A DNA stretch of 64,000 nucleotides from Candidatus Pampinifervens sinense (GTDB lineage Bacteria > Aquificota > Aquificia > Aquificales > Aquificaceae). Below the pieces are notes generated by a model. It saw nothing but the letters and a program-made list of their open reading frames with translations, did not search any database and was not told the DNA's origin. The position numbers were made by a program, and so were the translations under genes. Where the stretch lies: positions 1 through 64,000 of the forward strand of contig JAXSPP010000006.1 in NCBI GenBank assembly GCA_037927135.1. The letters are read 5' to 3'. The first letter of the stretch is position 1. Each line of letters opens with the position of its first letter. Shown here piece by piece: positions 10,537 through 20,720 of this stretch.

Positions 10537-10868
10537 ACACGCATGACCTTATAGATTTTTTGACAAAGGGAGAAAAGGCGGAAAAGCTGGAGAGATACTT
10601 TAGGGAGGTAGAAAGAAGAAAGGGTAAGGTCTTTTTGTCTGTATATACCCTTTTGGAGTTGGCCTATCTTCTTGAATACAGCTTTGGCGTAGAAAGGGAA
10701 AGGATAGTAAAAAGCTTGAAAACGCTTCTAGAAGACAAGCTTTTTAAAGTGGAAGGAAAATCAGACTTTGAGAAGGCTTTAGACCTTTATCTACAGGGTA
10801 TGGACCTTTTACAAGCTTTAAAGCAAGTGCAGTATGAAAAATTTGGAGTAAAGAGGTTGGAGCTATGA
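10524..10868 (+). CDS. Degenerate PIN-domain (VapC-like) protein
   Basis: IDT N-terminal motif and TLLELAYLL helix typical of PIN domains; C-terminal acidic residues not evident. Confidence 0.6.
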   Translation: MDAIDTHDLIDFLTKGEKAEKLERYFREVERRKGKVFLSVYTLLELAYLLEYSFGVERERIVKSLKTLLEDKLFKVEGKSDFEKALDLYLQGMDLLQALKQVQYEKFGVKRLEL

Positions 10869-12643
10869 AGATAAACATAACCCTTGACCTTGCACCCTTT
10901 CTACCATGGCTAAAATCCTACGACAGGGATAAGTTTACCAGAGATTTAATAGCGGGTCTTACCGTTGCCGCAGTGCTTGTACCTCAGTCTATGGCTTATG
11001 CCCTACTTGCTGGCATGCCACCCATATATGGCCTTTACGCTTCCTTTTTACCCGTTATAGTGGCTGCCCTTTTTGGTAGTTCCAGGTTTTTGGCCACAGG
11101 TCCCGTTGCAATGACGGCACTACTTACCAGCTCTGCCTTGTATGGGCTTGCAGAGCCTGGAAGTGAAAGATGGATAGCCCTTGCGGGTGTGTTGGCCCTT
11201 ATGGTAGGCTTCATAAGGCTTTTGGTGGGTCTTTTCAAGCTTGCCTTTATAGTGGAGCTTATATCCACTAGCGTTATAGTAGGGTTTACAAGCGCCGGTG
11301 CCCTTGTAATAGCCCTTAGCCAGTTTGGCCATCTTTTGGGCTTTAAGATAACCCAAAGCACCCACATATACGAGGTTGTCTCAGATATAATTAGCAAGCT
11401 GTCTCAAACCAATCCATACACCTTTGCCATAGGCCTTCTGGCCTACGCCATAATATGGCTTTCTAGAAAGATAAGCCCATTGGTTCCTGGTGCCTTGTTA
11501 GCGGTAATAGCCACATCTTTGATCTCATACTTCTTCAACCTTCAAAACTTTGGTGTTTCTTTGGTGGGAGAAGTGCCAAGTGGCATACCATCTTTGGAGA
11601 TACCTTCTGTTGATTACAGAACCTTTTCTCAGCTATGGATAGGTGCTCTTATCATTTCAGCCTTTGGACTTATGGAGGCAGTAGCCATTGCTAAACAGCT
11701 TGCCATAAAGGTGGGAGACAAGTGGGACCCAAACCAAGAGCTTATAGGCCAAGGCCTTGCCAACATAGTAGCTGGCCTATTTAAAGGCTTTCCTGTGGGA
11801 GGCTCTTTCTCAAGGTCCGCTTTGAACTATCAGCTTGGTGCTAAAACACCCATAGCTAGCGTTATAACAGGTCTTGTGGTAGGCCTTACTTTGCTCTTCC
11901 TTGCACCTCTCTTTTACTACCTTCCCAAAGCCACACTATCTGCCATAGTGTTGTCTGCCGTCATCAACCTCATTAGGCCTCAAGAGATAATAAGGCTCTA
12001 TAGGATAAACCCCACCGATGGCATAGTGGCAGGCACCACCTTTATCACCGTCTTCTTTATGGACCTTTGGGTAGCCATAACCCTTGGAACCCTTATAGCC
12101 TTTGGAAGCTTTGTCTACAAGACCATGTATCCAAGGATAGTGGTACTTACAAGGAATCCTAGCTCTTCCACCTTTGTAAATGCAGAAAGGGAGAAGCTAC
12201 CAGAATGTCCCCAAATACTCTACATAAGGCCCAACATGTCTCTTTACTTTGGCAATGCGGAGTATGTGTATGAATACATCCTTGAAAAGGTAGAGGAGCG
12301 AAAAAAGACCCTAAAGTTTGTCCTCCTTGACCTTGAGGCTGTAAACTATATGGATGCCTCTGGAAGCCTAATGCTTATAAGGCTTCTTGACAGAATTAAA
12401 GCGATGGGCTTGGAGCCAGCCCTTGCCAATATAGGATGCACCGTATATCCCTTGCTTGAAAGGGTAGACATAGATAGGCATATGAATATAGAGAACATCT
12501 TTGATTCAAAGGGACAGTCTATAGTGGAGCTTTTTAGAAAGCTTGATCATGAATACTGTAGGAGAAGGTGTCCTTATGCAGTCTTCAAAGAATGCTGGAC
12601 GGTAAAGGAGGCGGGCTTTAAGCCTTTAGAAAAGATAGCCTAA
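10865..12643 (+). CDS. SulP/SLC26 anion permease with STAS domain
   Basis: DLIAGLTVA..VPQSMAYA, GSFSRS, STAS LYFGNA..DLEAVNYMDASG. Confidence 0.93.
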   Translation: MKINITLDLAPFLPWLKSYDRDKFTRDLIAGLTVAAVLVPQSMAYALLAGMPPIYGLYASFLPVIVAALFGSSRFLATGPVAMTALLTSSALYGLAEPGSERWIALAGVLALMVGFIRLLVGLFKLAFIVELISTSVIVGFTSAGALVIALSQFGHLLGFKITQSTHIYEVVSDIISKLSQTNPYTFAIGLLAYAIIWLSRKISPLVPGALLAVIATSLISYFFNLQNFGVSLVGEVPSGIPSLEIPSVDYRTFSQLWIGALIISAFGLMEAVAIAKQLAIKVGDKWDPNQELIGQGLANIVAGLFKGFPVGGSFSRSALNYQLGAKTPIASVITGLVVGLTLLFLAPLFYYLPKATLSAIVLSAVINLIRPQEIIRLYRINPTDGIVAGTTFITVFFMDLWVAITLGTLIAFGSFVYKTMYPRIVVLTRNPSSSTFVNAEREKLPECPQILYIRPNMSLYFGNAEYVYEYILEKVEERKKTLKFVLLDLEAVNYMDASGSLMLIRLLDRIKAMGLEPALANIGCTVYPLLERVDIDRHMNIENIFDSKGQSIVELFRKLDHEYCRRRCPYAVFKECWTVKEAGFKPLEKIA

Positions 12644-13236
12644 ACCTTGTATAGACCCTTTTCAATTATGTAATCTTCCACCTCCCGTGGCACCATCCAT
12701 CTTATACTTTTTCCTTTTCTTATCCTTTCCCTTATCTCCGTTGAAGATATGTCTATCCTTCTTACTGACACGATAAAAAAATCCAGGCCTTCCCTAAGGT
12801 TTGGAAAGTTCTCCTTTACATAATCCATCACCCTCTTCCCTTTTCCCTCTCTGTCCACCACTACAAAGCGAGCTAAGGTGATAAGCCTCTGAGGGTCCTT
12901 CCAAAGGTGCAGACTTAAAAAGCTGTCCGCACCTACCAAAAAGAAGGGCCTTTCTCCAAATCTTTCATATATCTCCTTGGCCGTATCCACCGTATAGGAC
13001 ACACCACCTCTTTCAATTTCTATGGTGCTTACCTCAAAATCATTCAAACCTTCAATAGCAAGCTTTAGCATGTTTAGCCTATCCTGTGGGCTTGCAAGGT
13101 GAGGTTCCTTTAGGGGTGCTTGAAAGGCCGGTAAAAATACAACCTTTTCAAAGCCTAAGGCTTCTTTTACATCTCTTGCCACAAGTAGATGACCCGTGTG
13201 CACGGGGTCAAAACTTCCACCGAAGAAGATCTTCAT
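12640..13236 (-). CDS. nadD: Nicotinate-nucleotide adenylyltransferase
   Basis: GGSFDPVHTGH, SYTVDT, GADS, ISSTEIR. Confidence 0.96.
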   Translation of the reverse strand: MKIFFGGSFDPVHTGHLLVARDVKEALGFEKVVFLPAFQAPLKEPHLASPQDRLNMLKLAIEGLNDFEVSTIEIERGGVSYTVDTAKEIYERFGERPFFLVGADSFLSLHLWKDPQRLITLARFVVVDREGKGKRVMDYVKENFPNLREGLDFFIVSVRRIDISSTEIRERIRKGKSIRWMVPREVEDYIIEKGLYKV

Positions 13237-13255
13237 ACTATGTTAAAATCTTACC

Positions 13256-14005
13256 ATGCTTTGCATAGATTTGTCTGGGAAAAGGGCACTTATAACAGGC
13301 TCCACCCGTGGCATTGGCAAGGCTATAGCGGAGTTTCTCGCAAAAGCTGGGGCTAAAGTGATTATAACGGGAAGGGATGGGTCCAAAGCGGAGGATGTGG
13401 CAAGGAGTATATCGGATAACTTTGGAGTGGAGGCTATGGGGGTAGCTATGGATGTAGGAAAAGAGGAGTCCATCAGAGAGGCCTATGCGAAGATAGAAGG
13501 GACATGGGGTGGGGTGGATATACTTGTCAACAACGCTGGCATAACAAGGGATAGGCTCTTTTTGAGGATGTCCGTTGAAGACTGGGAAGAGGTAATAAGG
13601 GTAAACTTGACTGGCACCTTTTTGATAACCTCTTTAGCTGTTAAAAGTATGATAAAAAACCGTTGGGGTAGGATAATAAACATATCCTCTGTGGTGGGTT
13701 TTACCGGTAATGTGGGCCAAGTAAACTACTCTTCTACCAAGGCTGCCCTTATTGGCTTTACAAAAAGCCTTGCAAAAGAACTGGCAAGCAGAAACATAAC
13801 GGTAAATGCCATAGCACCAGGCTTTATAGAAACGGACATGACCGCTGTGTTAAACGATGAGATAAAGCAGAACTACCTAAAAAATATACCCATGGGAAGG
13901 TTTGGGAAGCCCGAGGATGTAGCTGGTGCTGTGCTTTTCCTATGTTCAGATTATGCAAACTATATAACGGGAGAAGTGATACATGTAAACGGTGGAATGT
14001 ATTAG
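13256..14005 (+). CDS. fabG: 3-oxoacyl-ACP reductase
   Basis: TGSTRGIG, NNAGITRD, YSSTK, APGFIETDMT. Confidence 0.95.
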   Translation: MLCIDLSGKRALITGSTRGIGKAIAEFLAKAGAKVIITGRDGSKAEDVARSISDNFGVEAMGVAMDVGKEESIREAYAKIEGTWGGVDILVNNAGITRDRLFLRMSVEDWEEVIRVNLTGTFLITSLAVKSMIKNRWGRIINISSVVGFTGNVGQVNYSSTKAALIGFTKSLAKELASRNITVNAIAPGFIETDMTAVLNDEIKQNYLKNIPMGRFGKPEDVAGAVLFLCSDYANYITGEVIHVNGGMY

Positions 14006-14014
14006 GCTTTTCTT

Positions 14015-14503
14015 ATGTCTATATGTTATATAGCCTTTGGTAGCAATTGGGGAGACAGACTAAAGAATATTTTGAAGGCCTTTAACCTTTTAGAAGGGTA
14101 TGGGAAAATCATAAAAGTGTCTACTCTCTACATAAGCCAGCCTTGGGGGAAAACAGACCAGCCCCATTTTCTAAATGGCGTTTTAGAATACGATACGGAC
14201 CTTGACCCGATAAGTCTTTTAAAATCCTTGAAGGAGATTGAGAAAAAGGTAGGAAGACAGCCAAGAGAAAGGTGGGGACCAAGGGAAATAGACCTTGATA
14301 TACTGCTCTATGAGAATTACATAGTCATGCTAAGCTTTTTACGCATACCTCATGCTTATTTAACAGAAAGGGACTTTTTCCTTTTCCCATTGCTTGAACT
14401 GAACCCACACCTAACCCATCCCATCAGTAAAATAAGGCTGGAAGAGTATGCAAAGAAGCTAAAAAACAACCTTTTACCCTTTGCCTGTATTGTTAAATAT
14501 TAA
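14015..14503 (+). CDS. folK: 2-amino-4-hydroxy-6-hydroxymethyldihydropteridine pyrophosphokinase
   Basis: GSNWGD, FLNGV, RWGPREIDLDIL, IPH..ERDF. Confidence 0.95.
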   Translation: MSICYIAFGSNWGDRLKNILKAFNLLEGYGKIIKVSTLYISQPWGKTDQPHFLNGVLEYDTDLDPISLLKSLKEIEKKVGRQPRERWGPREIDLDILLYENYIVMLSFLRIPHAYLTERDFFLFPLLELNPHLTHPISKIRLEEYAKKLKNNLLPFACIVKY

Positions 14504-14504
14504 A

Positions 14505-15533
14505 CTACCACTTTAGCTCGCTTCTTTTGGCGTAAGTTTGAGGTTTGGCTTGGAAAAAGTCTGTCTTTGTGTCGTTTATAGTTCTAAAGGTATCTATCCA
14601 CTTCATGGGATTATCGGTGACTTCAGGGTATAGAGGCTTGTAGCCAAGCTGGGTAAGCCTCAGATTACAAAGGTATTTTATATAGCGGTCAATAAGATAG
14701 TCATTCAGCCCAAGTATCTGATTTTGAGTCACATATTTACCCCACTCTATCTCTTTTTCTGTGGCAAACCTGAAAAACTCATAGACCCATTTTTCTATCT
14801 CTGGAGTAAAGAGCTCAGGATTTTCCTCTTTAAGCGTCAAAATTATGTTCCTAAAGAGGGTAACATGAGTGAGCTCATCCCTGTTTATATACTTTATCTG
14901 CTGGACCGTGTTCCTCATCTTCCCTTGTCTTCCAAGGGTGTAAAAGAAGGCAAATCCAGAATAGAAATACAGGCTTTCTAAGACATAGTTTCCAAAAACC
15001 GCCTTTATAAAGTTCTCTTCCGTTGGCTTTCTTATAAACTCATTGTAAAGTTCTGCTATCACTTTATTTCTTTCCATTAAAACAGGGTCCTGTCTCCAGT
15101 AGTTGTATATCTCGTCCGCTACCCTTGGATCAACCACACTCTCTAAGATGAACTGGTAAGAGTAAGAATGCAGTGCCTCTTGAAACTCTTGAGAAGTGAG
15201 CGCCATCACCAGCTCTGGTGCTGTGATATATCTTGCAAACTCCTTTAGCATATTAACTTGGTAGCTGTCCAAGGCTATTAAAAAGCTTAGCACCATTTCA
15301 TAGGCCCTTCTTTCATACTCGGAGAGCTCCTTTTCATATTGTTTTCTATCTTCGTGCATCGGTATTTCTTCCGGTATCCAAAAGTTGGTAAAGCCCATGG
15401 TCTTATACAGGTCAAAGGCCCATTGATACTTTATGTTGTTTAGCTCCATTATATTGGTAGGATTGCCAAAGACTATTTTTCTCTTAGATGGTTCTCTGTC
15501 TCCCTCCGGGTTAAAGATGATCGTTCTTTCCAT
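14505..15533 (-). CDS. nrdB: Ribonucleotide reductase class Ia beta (R2) subunit
   Basis: FWIPEEI, di-metal ligands (LDSYQ, EALH, ESLYFYSGF, DELTH), radical Tyr in HSYSY; second ATG chosen by spacing from AGGAGG. Confidence 0.95.
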   Translation of the reverse strand: MERTIIFNPEGDREPSKRKIVFGNPTNIMELNNIKYQWAFDLYKTMGFTNFWIPEEIPMHEDRKQYEKELSEYERRAYEMVLSFLIALDSYQVNMLKEFARYITAPELVMALTSQEFQEALHSYSYQFILESVVDPRVADEIYNYWRQDPVLMERNKVIAELYNEFIRKPTEENFIKAVFGNYVLESLYFYSGFAFFYTLGRQGKMRNTVQQIKYINRDELTHVTLFRNIILTLKEENPELFTPEIEKWVYEFFRFATEKEIEWGKYVTQNQILGLNDYLIDRYIKYLCNLRLTQLGYKPLYPEVTDNPMKWIDTFRTINDTKTDFFQAKPQTYAKRSELKW

Positions 15534-15544
15534 GGTCATACCTC

Positions 15545-17836
15545 CTATGTGGCACAGCTTTCACATTCATCTATATCGGTCAAAGACTTACTCCTTGTAT
15601 AGTATACAGTCTTTAGGCCAAGCTCCCAAGCAAGCTCATAAAGTCTTGAAAGTCTTGGCCCATCTATGTTCTCTGGGTCTATAAACAGGTTTAAAGACTG
15701 GGCTTGATCTATCCATTTTTGTCTTTCTGCCGCCGCCCTTATTATCCACTCCTGGTCAATGTTATATGCACTCTTGTAGTGCCAGAAGTATTTGTCTATC
15801 TCGGGTGGCACCTGTGGAAGTATGCCAGACATGTTCTCTTCTTTGTAAAACTTGGCAAAGATAGGGTCAATGGATGGTGTGGCACCTATAATTAATGAGG
15901 TTGAGCCTGTAGGCATTAGTGCCAAAAGATAGGCATTTCTCAATCCATGTCTTTTTACTTCTTCTGCCAAAGATATCCAATCAAAGCCGTTTTTAGACAT
16001 CCTTTGGTTTTCTTCCGCAGTCCTTCCAAAGAATATGCCCTTGCTCCAATCGGAACCTTCAAAGAGGGGATAAGCCCCCCTCTCTTTGGCCAGTTCCATA
16101 GAACCCTTTATGGCGTAGTAGGCTAACCTTTCAAAGAGTGCGTTGGCAAACTCTAAGTGCTCCTGCGATTCCCACTGAATTCCATTCTTCACAAGGCAGT
16201 AGTGATAGTTGCTCACACCTATACCTATAGCCCTGTATCTTTTGTTGGTGTATTCTGCCTCCTTTATAGCATAAAAGTTCATGCTTATTACATTGTCAAG
16301 CATCCTAACAAGCACTGGTACAACCCTCTCCATATCCTCCTTTGTATATACCTTTCCAAGGTTTATAGAACCAAGGTTGCATACTACCACATCTCCAGAC
16401 TTCTTCTTGTGGACTATAGTGCCATCCTCCAACAGGGTATCCTCTATATGCTGTGTGGTGGACATATTTTGCACTATCTCATGGCATAGGTTAGAGCTGT
16501 AGACCATACCACAGTGTTTGTTTGGATTTAATCTGTTGGCCGTGTCCCTGAAGAATATGTATGGCTCTCCCGTTTCAAAGATAACTGTAAGAAGCCTCTT
16601 CCATAGCTCAAAGGCTGGCACTTCCTTTTTGGCGTAAGGGGGAAGCTCCCTTTCCAACTTCTCGTAAAGCCTTTCAAACTCTTCACCATAGAAATCCTCA
16701 AGGTTTTTCCCATCCTTCACATTCTTGCAATAGTATGGGTCAAGAAGGGTCCATTTGTCCCTCCTTTTTAGCCTCTTCATAAAAAGGTCTGGGATAGAGA
16801 CCGCAGGATGTATATCGTGAGCCTTTTTCCTCTCATCACCTACGTTGGTCTTTACCTCAAGAAAATCAAGAATATCCTTATGCCATATATCCAAGGTTAT
16901 ACTAGCAGATCCCTTTCTCATACCAAGCTGATCCACATACACCATCACATCGTTCAGTATTTTCACAACGGGAAGGACTCCAGAGCTTGCACCCTTAAAC
17001 TTCCTAATAGGTGCTCCCGTTGCCCTTATCTTTCCAAGGTATATACCCAGACCTCCAGCAAACTTGGAAATCTGCCCTGCCTTTTGCACGTTATCAAAGA
17101 TGTCATAAAGGTCATCGTCCACAGTGAGAACAAAGCAGGAGCTCAGTTGTGTGAACGTTCTCCTTGCGTTCATTAAAGTGGGAGTGGCCAGAGAAACTTC
17201 ATGTTTGCTAAGAAGGTCATAGAAAAGTTTGACCCATTTTAACCTCTCTTCCTTTTTCTCTGGAATGGCAAGGGTCATGGCCACAAGCATATACATCTCT
17301 TGAGGTAGCTCTATAACCCTGCCATCTTCGTCCCTCACAAGATATCTATCTACAAGAACCTTTATGCCAGTATAGTTAAACAGAAGGTCTCTGCTGGGGT
17401 CTATATACCTTGCCAAGGTGTTAAATTCTTCTTCTGTATACTCCTCAAGAAGATAACTTCCGTATATACCCTTTTCCGCATAGGTTTTCACAAGCTTGTA
17501 GAAGCTTTCAGGGTTGTAAGGTTTGTACTTTCCGTTCAGCTTATCTTTGACCTTGTATCCTCTTATGTGTCCTACCTCTTTATAAAGGTCGTAAAGGAGC
17601 AGTCTTGCAGCCACATATTGCCATTGGGGCGTTTGCGGAGATATCTTTTCCGCTGCCGTTCTTATAAGAAGTTGCTGTATTTCCTTTGTGCTAATACCAT
17701 CTCTGAACTGTATCTTGGCATCAAGCTCAAGCTCCATAGGATCTACATCAATACCATCGCATGCAAACCCTATAGCTAGGCGTATCTTTGATATATCAAG
17801 AGGCTCCTTTTTCCCGCTCCTTTTTATGACATACAT
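15545..17836 (-). CDS. nrdA: Ribonucleotide reductase class Ia alpha subunit with N-terminal ATP-cone
   Basis: [12 protein letters not shown]-cone, [42 protein letters not shown]-terminal CESC. Confidence 0.97.
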   Translation of the reverse strand: MYVIKRSGKKEPLDISKIRLAIGFACDGIDVDPMELELDAKIQFRDGISTKEIQQLLIRTAAEKISPQTPQWQYVAARLLLYDLYKEVGHIRGYKVKDKLNGKYKPYNPESFYKLVKTYAEKGIYGSYLLEEYTEEEFNTLARYIDPSRDLLFNYTGIKVLVDRYLVRDEDGRVIELPQEMYMLVAMTLAIPEKKEERLKWVKLFYDLLSKHEVSLATPTLMNARRTFTQLSSCFVLTVDDDLYDIFDNVQKAGQISKFAGGLGIYLGKIRATGAPIRKFKGASSGVLPVVKILNDVMVYVDQLGMRKGSASITLDIWHKDILDFLEVKTNVGDERKKAHDIHPAVSIPDLFMKRLKRRDKWTLLDPYYCKNVKDGKNLEDFYGEEFERLYEKLERELPPYAKKEVPAFELWKRLLTVIFETGEPYIFFRDTANRLNPNKHCGMVYSSNLCHEIVQNMSTTQHIEDTLLEDGTIVHKKKSGDVVVCNLGSINLGKVYTKEDMERVVPVLVRMLDNVISMNFYAIKEAEYTNKRYRAIGIGVSNYHYCLVKNGIQWESQEHLEFANALFERLAYYAIKGSMELAKERGAYPLFEGSDWSKGIFFGRTAEENQRMSKNGFDWISLAEEVKRHGLRNAYLLALMPTGSTSLIIGATPSIDPIFAKFYKEENMSGILPQVPPEIDKYFWHYKSAYNIDQEWIIRAAAERQKWIDQAQSLNLFIDPENIDGPRLSRLYELAWELGLKTVYYTRSKSLTDIDECESCAT

Positions 17837-17971
17837 GTCTGCCTCCTTTATGTTTATGTATGTAGAGAAGTTTAAGTTTATACCTAAAGGTCAGACTATA
17901 GCAACTCCAGTCTTTTTGATAGAGAAAAGGTCAAGGTGTAAGTTTACTAAACTAGTCTTATTCCATAAAAA

Positions 17972-19225
17972 TTAATCAAGGCTAAGGTAGGCTATAGCCT
18001 CAATGTGGTAGGTGTTTGGAAAGTTGTCCACCATCCTAAGGCCGGCTACTTTGTAGCCACCCTTTACAAGGACCTTTAAGTCTCTTGCCAACGTGGTGGG
18101 CTCGCAGGATACATAGATCACATACCTTGGCTTGTTTTTCAGTATAAGATGGGCTTCACCCTCGGAAAGACCGGATCTTGGCGGATCAAGGAAGATAAGA
18201 TCTATTATATCCCCGGCATGCTTCTTTAACGCTTCTAAACTCTTCTCATGTCCAAAGCTTACATTGCTAACAGAGTTTATCTTTGCGTTGTATTCTGCAT
18301 CTTTTATGGCAGAACGGTTGCTGTCATATGCCATAACAAACCCGGACCTTTGAGCTAAAAACAGACTAAAGAATCCTATACCACAGTGAAGCTCCAAAAC
18401 CCTATCAAAGCGTTCATTGGGAACAGCGCCTTCTATAAACTTCTCCCATAGCCTGTAGTTTATCTGCACAAAGGAATCCATACTAACCCTGTATCTAAAA
18501 GGACCAACGTTTATCAAAGTAAAGTCTCTACCAAGATGGTACACCCTTTCATCACCTTTGTACACTCCCACACCTACCACATACTTTGGAAGAAAGTTCT
18601 CCATAAGCTTCCTTAGCTTTTCCTTATTGGGCACCTCTTCTGTCAAAAGCTTTATAAGCACCTCTCCCTCTTTTGGAGAGCATAGCACATGGACTTCCCT
18701 TATACCATCAAGCTTTCTAATAAACTCTTTTAATGCAGGAATAAGCTGGTTGATGAAGGGATGAAGAAGTAGGCATTGTTCTATTTCTACAAGCTTATGG
18801 CTTTGCCTTTCAAAGAATCCTAAGGAATTATCCACCACCTTAAACTGAGCCTTTATCCTGTAGGCGAACTCTTCCGAGTATATGGAGGGAAGCAAGCTGT
18901 TTACCTTTATCTTACCTATTCTCTCCAAAGTTTCTAAAAGTATTTCTTCCTTTGCACGTACTTGAAGGTTATAATCCATATGTTGCAGTTGGCATCCACC
19001 GCATGAACCATAATAAGGGCAGGGTGCATCCCTCCTACCTGGTGATGAAAGAAGAACCCTTTTTACCTTCCCAACAAGGTAATCCTTCTTCTCCCTTATG
19101 ACCTCCACATCCACCTTTTCACCTGGAAGAACATAGTCTACCATTAGACTTTTGCCATCTACCTTCGCAAGGCCATAACCTCCGTATATAAGCTTTTCTA
19201 TATAAACGTTTTGAAGGAACTTCAT
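17972..19225 (-). CDS. rlmD: 23S rRNA m5U methyltransferase (RlmD/TrmA family)
   Basis: TRAM domain, CPYYGSCGGC Fe-S motif, LDPPRSG, YVSCEPTTLARD, DNFPNTYHIE. Confidence 0.88.
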   Translation of the reverse strand: MKFLQNVYIEKLIYGGYGLAKVDGKSLMVDYVLPGEKVDVEVIREKKDYLVGKVKRVLLSSPGRRDAPCPYYGSCGGCQLQHMDYNLQVRAKEEILLETLERIGKIKVNSLLPSIYSEEFAYRIKAQFKVVDNSLGFFERQSHKLVEIEQCLLLHPFINQLIPALKEFIRKLDGIREVHVLCSPKEGEVLIKLLTEEVPNKEKLRKLMENFLPKYVVGVGVYKGDERVYHLGRDFTLINVGPFRYRVSMDSFVQINYRLWEKFIEGAVPNERFDRVLELHCGIGFFSLFLAQRSGFVMAYDSNRSAIKDAEYNAKINSVSNVSFGHEKSLEALKKHAGDIIDLIFLDPPRSGLSEGEAHLILKNKPRYVIYVSCEPTTLARDLKVLVKGGYKVAGLRMVDNFPNTYHIEAIAYLSLD

Positions 19226-19226
19226 G

Positions 19227-20216
19227 CTACTCCTGTCTTAGCTTTTGAAGCTTTTCAAAATCTTCCTCAGACATCACATCTATATGCCATCCGGTTATCT
19301 TATTAGCTAATTTTACATTTATACCATGCTTGCCTATGGCAAGAGAAAGCTTGTCTTTGGCTACAGCCACCTCAGCCCTTTTGTTCTTCTTGTCCAGCCT
19401 TACCTTCAACACAGGGGCTGGAGATAAGCTCCTTTTTATGAGCTCTTCTTCATCGGAAGACCACCTTATAACATCAATCTTTTCACCAGCCAGCTCTTCC
19501 GAGATGGGCAATATCCTTGAACCCCTCACACCCACAACCACACCCACCGGGTCTATTTTAGGATCCTCCGAATGCACCACCACCTTTGCCCTTTCACCAG
19601 GCTCTCTCGCTATAGCCTTTATAACCACATCACCACTGCTTACCTCAGGCACTTCCTGTTCTATAAGCTTTTTTAAAAATTTAGGATGTGTCCTTGAAAG
19701 TATGATTTCATACTTGCCCCTTTTTATCTTTACCTGCAAAAGCAAGGCTTTAATCCTCATACCAGGCTTATACTCTTCCTTCTTTATCTGTTCCCTTTTG
19801 GGAAGAAGGCCCACAACCCTGCCTAAATCCACCACCACATCCCCATTTTCCATAACCTTCCTAACTATACCAAAAACTATACTACCTTCCCTTTCAACGT
19901 ACTCAAGGTATCCTCTCTCTTCCTCAGCCTTTTCCAACTCCTTTAAAAACTCCTCCTTTGCTGCATATACCGCTATTCTGTTTAAATCCTCTGGCGCTAT
20001 CTCCAACGGTATTTTAACATCCTTACCGTTTTCCTTCTTAAGTATATAAACCTTTATATGATCGTCCTCCAGCTCCACATCCAAATCTTCCCTGATCTTT
20101 CTATCCTTCTTTATAGCTATAGCTATAGCGTTCTTTAAGGACCTTTCCACTATCCACTCTGGTAGGTTTTTCTCTTCTGCCACTTGTTCTATCAATCTCT
20201 TCAAGCTTTTTACCAT
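19227..20216 (-). CDS. nusA: Transcription termination/antitermination factor NusA
   Basis: S1 domain, LSRTHP, AREPGERAK, GEKIDV, AIGKHGINVKLA. Confidence 0.96.
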   Translation of the reverse strand: MVKSLKRLIEQVAEEKNLPEWIVERSLKNAIAIAIKKDRKIREDLDVELEDDHIKVYILKKENGKDVKIPLEIAPEDLNRIAVYAAKEEFLKELEKAEEERGYLEYVEREGSIVFGIVRKVMENGDVVVDLGRVVGLLPKREQIKKEEYKPGMRIKALLLQVKIKRGKYEIILSRTHPKFLKKLIEQEVPEVSSGDVVIKAIAREPGERAKVVVHSEDPKIDPVGVVVGVRGSRILPISEELAGEKIDVIRWSSDEEELIKRSLSPAPVLKVRLDKKNKRAEVAVAKDKLSLAIGKHGINVKLANKITGWHIDVMSEEDFEKLQKLRQE

Positions 20217-20683
20217 TTTTCCAACTCCAAGTTAGCTTTTGCTATAAAAGACATGGGGATGTGATATTCTTTGCCCGTTTCTTTTTCCCTTAAAAGCAGT
20301 ATTCCCTCTTTAACATCCTCTATATAACCCCTCATCTCTCTCTTACCCTCCACAGCCTCCCTCAGGATTACCCTTATAAGCCTTCCCTTGAAGAATTCAA
20401 AGTGGGCTGGCTTTGTGAGCTCCCTTGTAAGCCCTGGAGAGGATACCTCAAGTAAATAGGAAACTGGAATAATATCCTCCACATCCAAAAGGGCACTTAT
20501 CCTTTTGCTTATTTCTTCACAATCACCCACCGTTATACCCCCTTCCTTATCCACTATTATCCTTAAGACCCATCCCCTTTCCGATTTAAATTCTACATCA
20601 AAAAGCTTATAACCCATGCTTCTTATTATAGGTTCCACCAATTCCTTTACTCTTTCCGCTATCAACTTTTCCTGCAGTTGCAT
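20210..20683 (-). CDS. rimP: Ribosome maturation factor RimP
   Basis: GITVGDCEEIS, YLLEVSSPGL. Confidence 0.96.
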   Translation of the reverse strand: MQLQEKLIAERVKELVEPIIRSMGYKLFDVEFKSERGWVLRIIVDKEGGITVGDCEEISKRISALLDVEDIIPVSYLLEVSSPGLTRELTKPAHFEFFKGRLIRVILREAVEGKREMRGYIEDVKEGILLLREKETGKEYHIPMSFIAKANLELEKW

Positions 20684-20692
20684 AGTTTTACA

Positions 20693-20711
20693 ATTATAGC
20701 ACTGGTATAAT
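20693..20711. promoter_or_regulatory. Back-to-back extended -10 promoters for rimP and moxR
   Basis: TGcTATAAT on minus (20701-20693) and TGgTATAAT on plus (20703-20711), each 9 nt from its ATG. Confidence 0.65.
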
Positions 20712-20720
20712 GTTTAGGAC

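Noticed and set aside
14505-17836. Intein or intron in the ribonucleotide reductase genes (A. aeolicus R2 is known to carry an intein)
   Set aside because: Both ORFs are normal length with contiguous motifs (RDELTHVTLF uninterrupted); no splicing or LAGLIDADG motifs
17837-17971. NrdR boxes or riboswitch upstream of nrdA
   Set aside because: Only a weak AGACT-N11-AGTCT inverted repeat; no convincing match to the NrdR consensus and no strong RNA fold
19330-20049. 239-aa ORF antisense to nusA, and the many similar shadow ORFs in the track
   Set aside because: Ser/Phe/Leu-rich antisense translations expected from purine-rich codon bias; no RBS or family motifs
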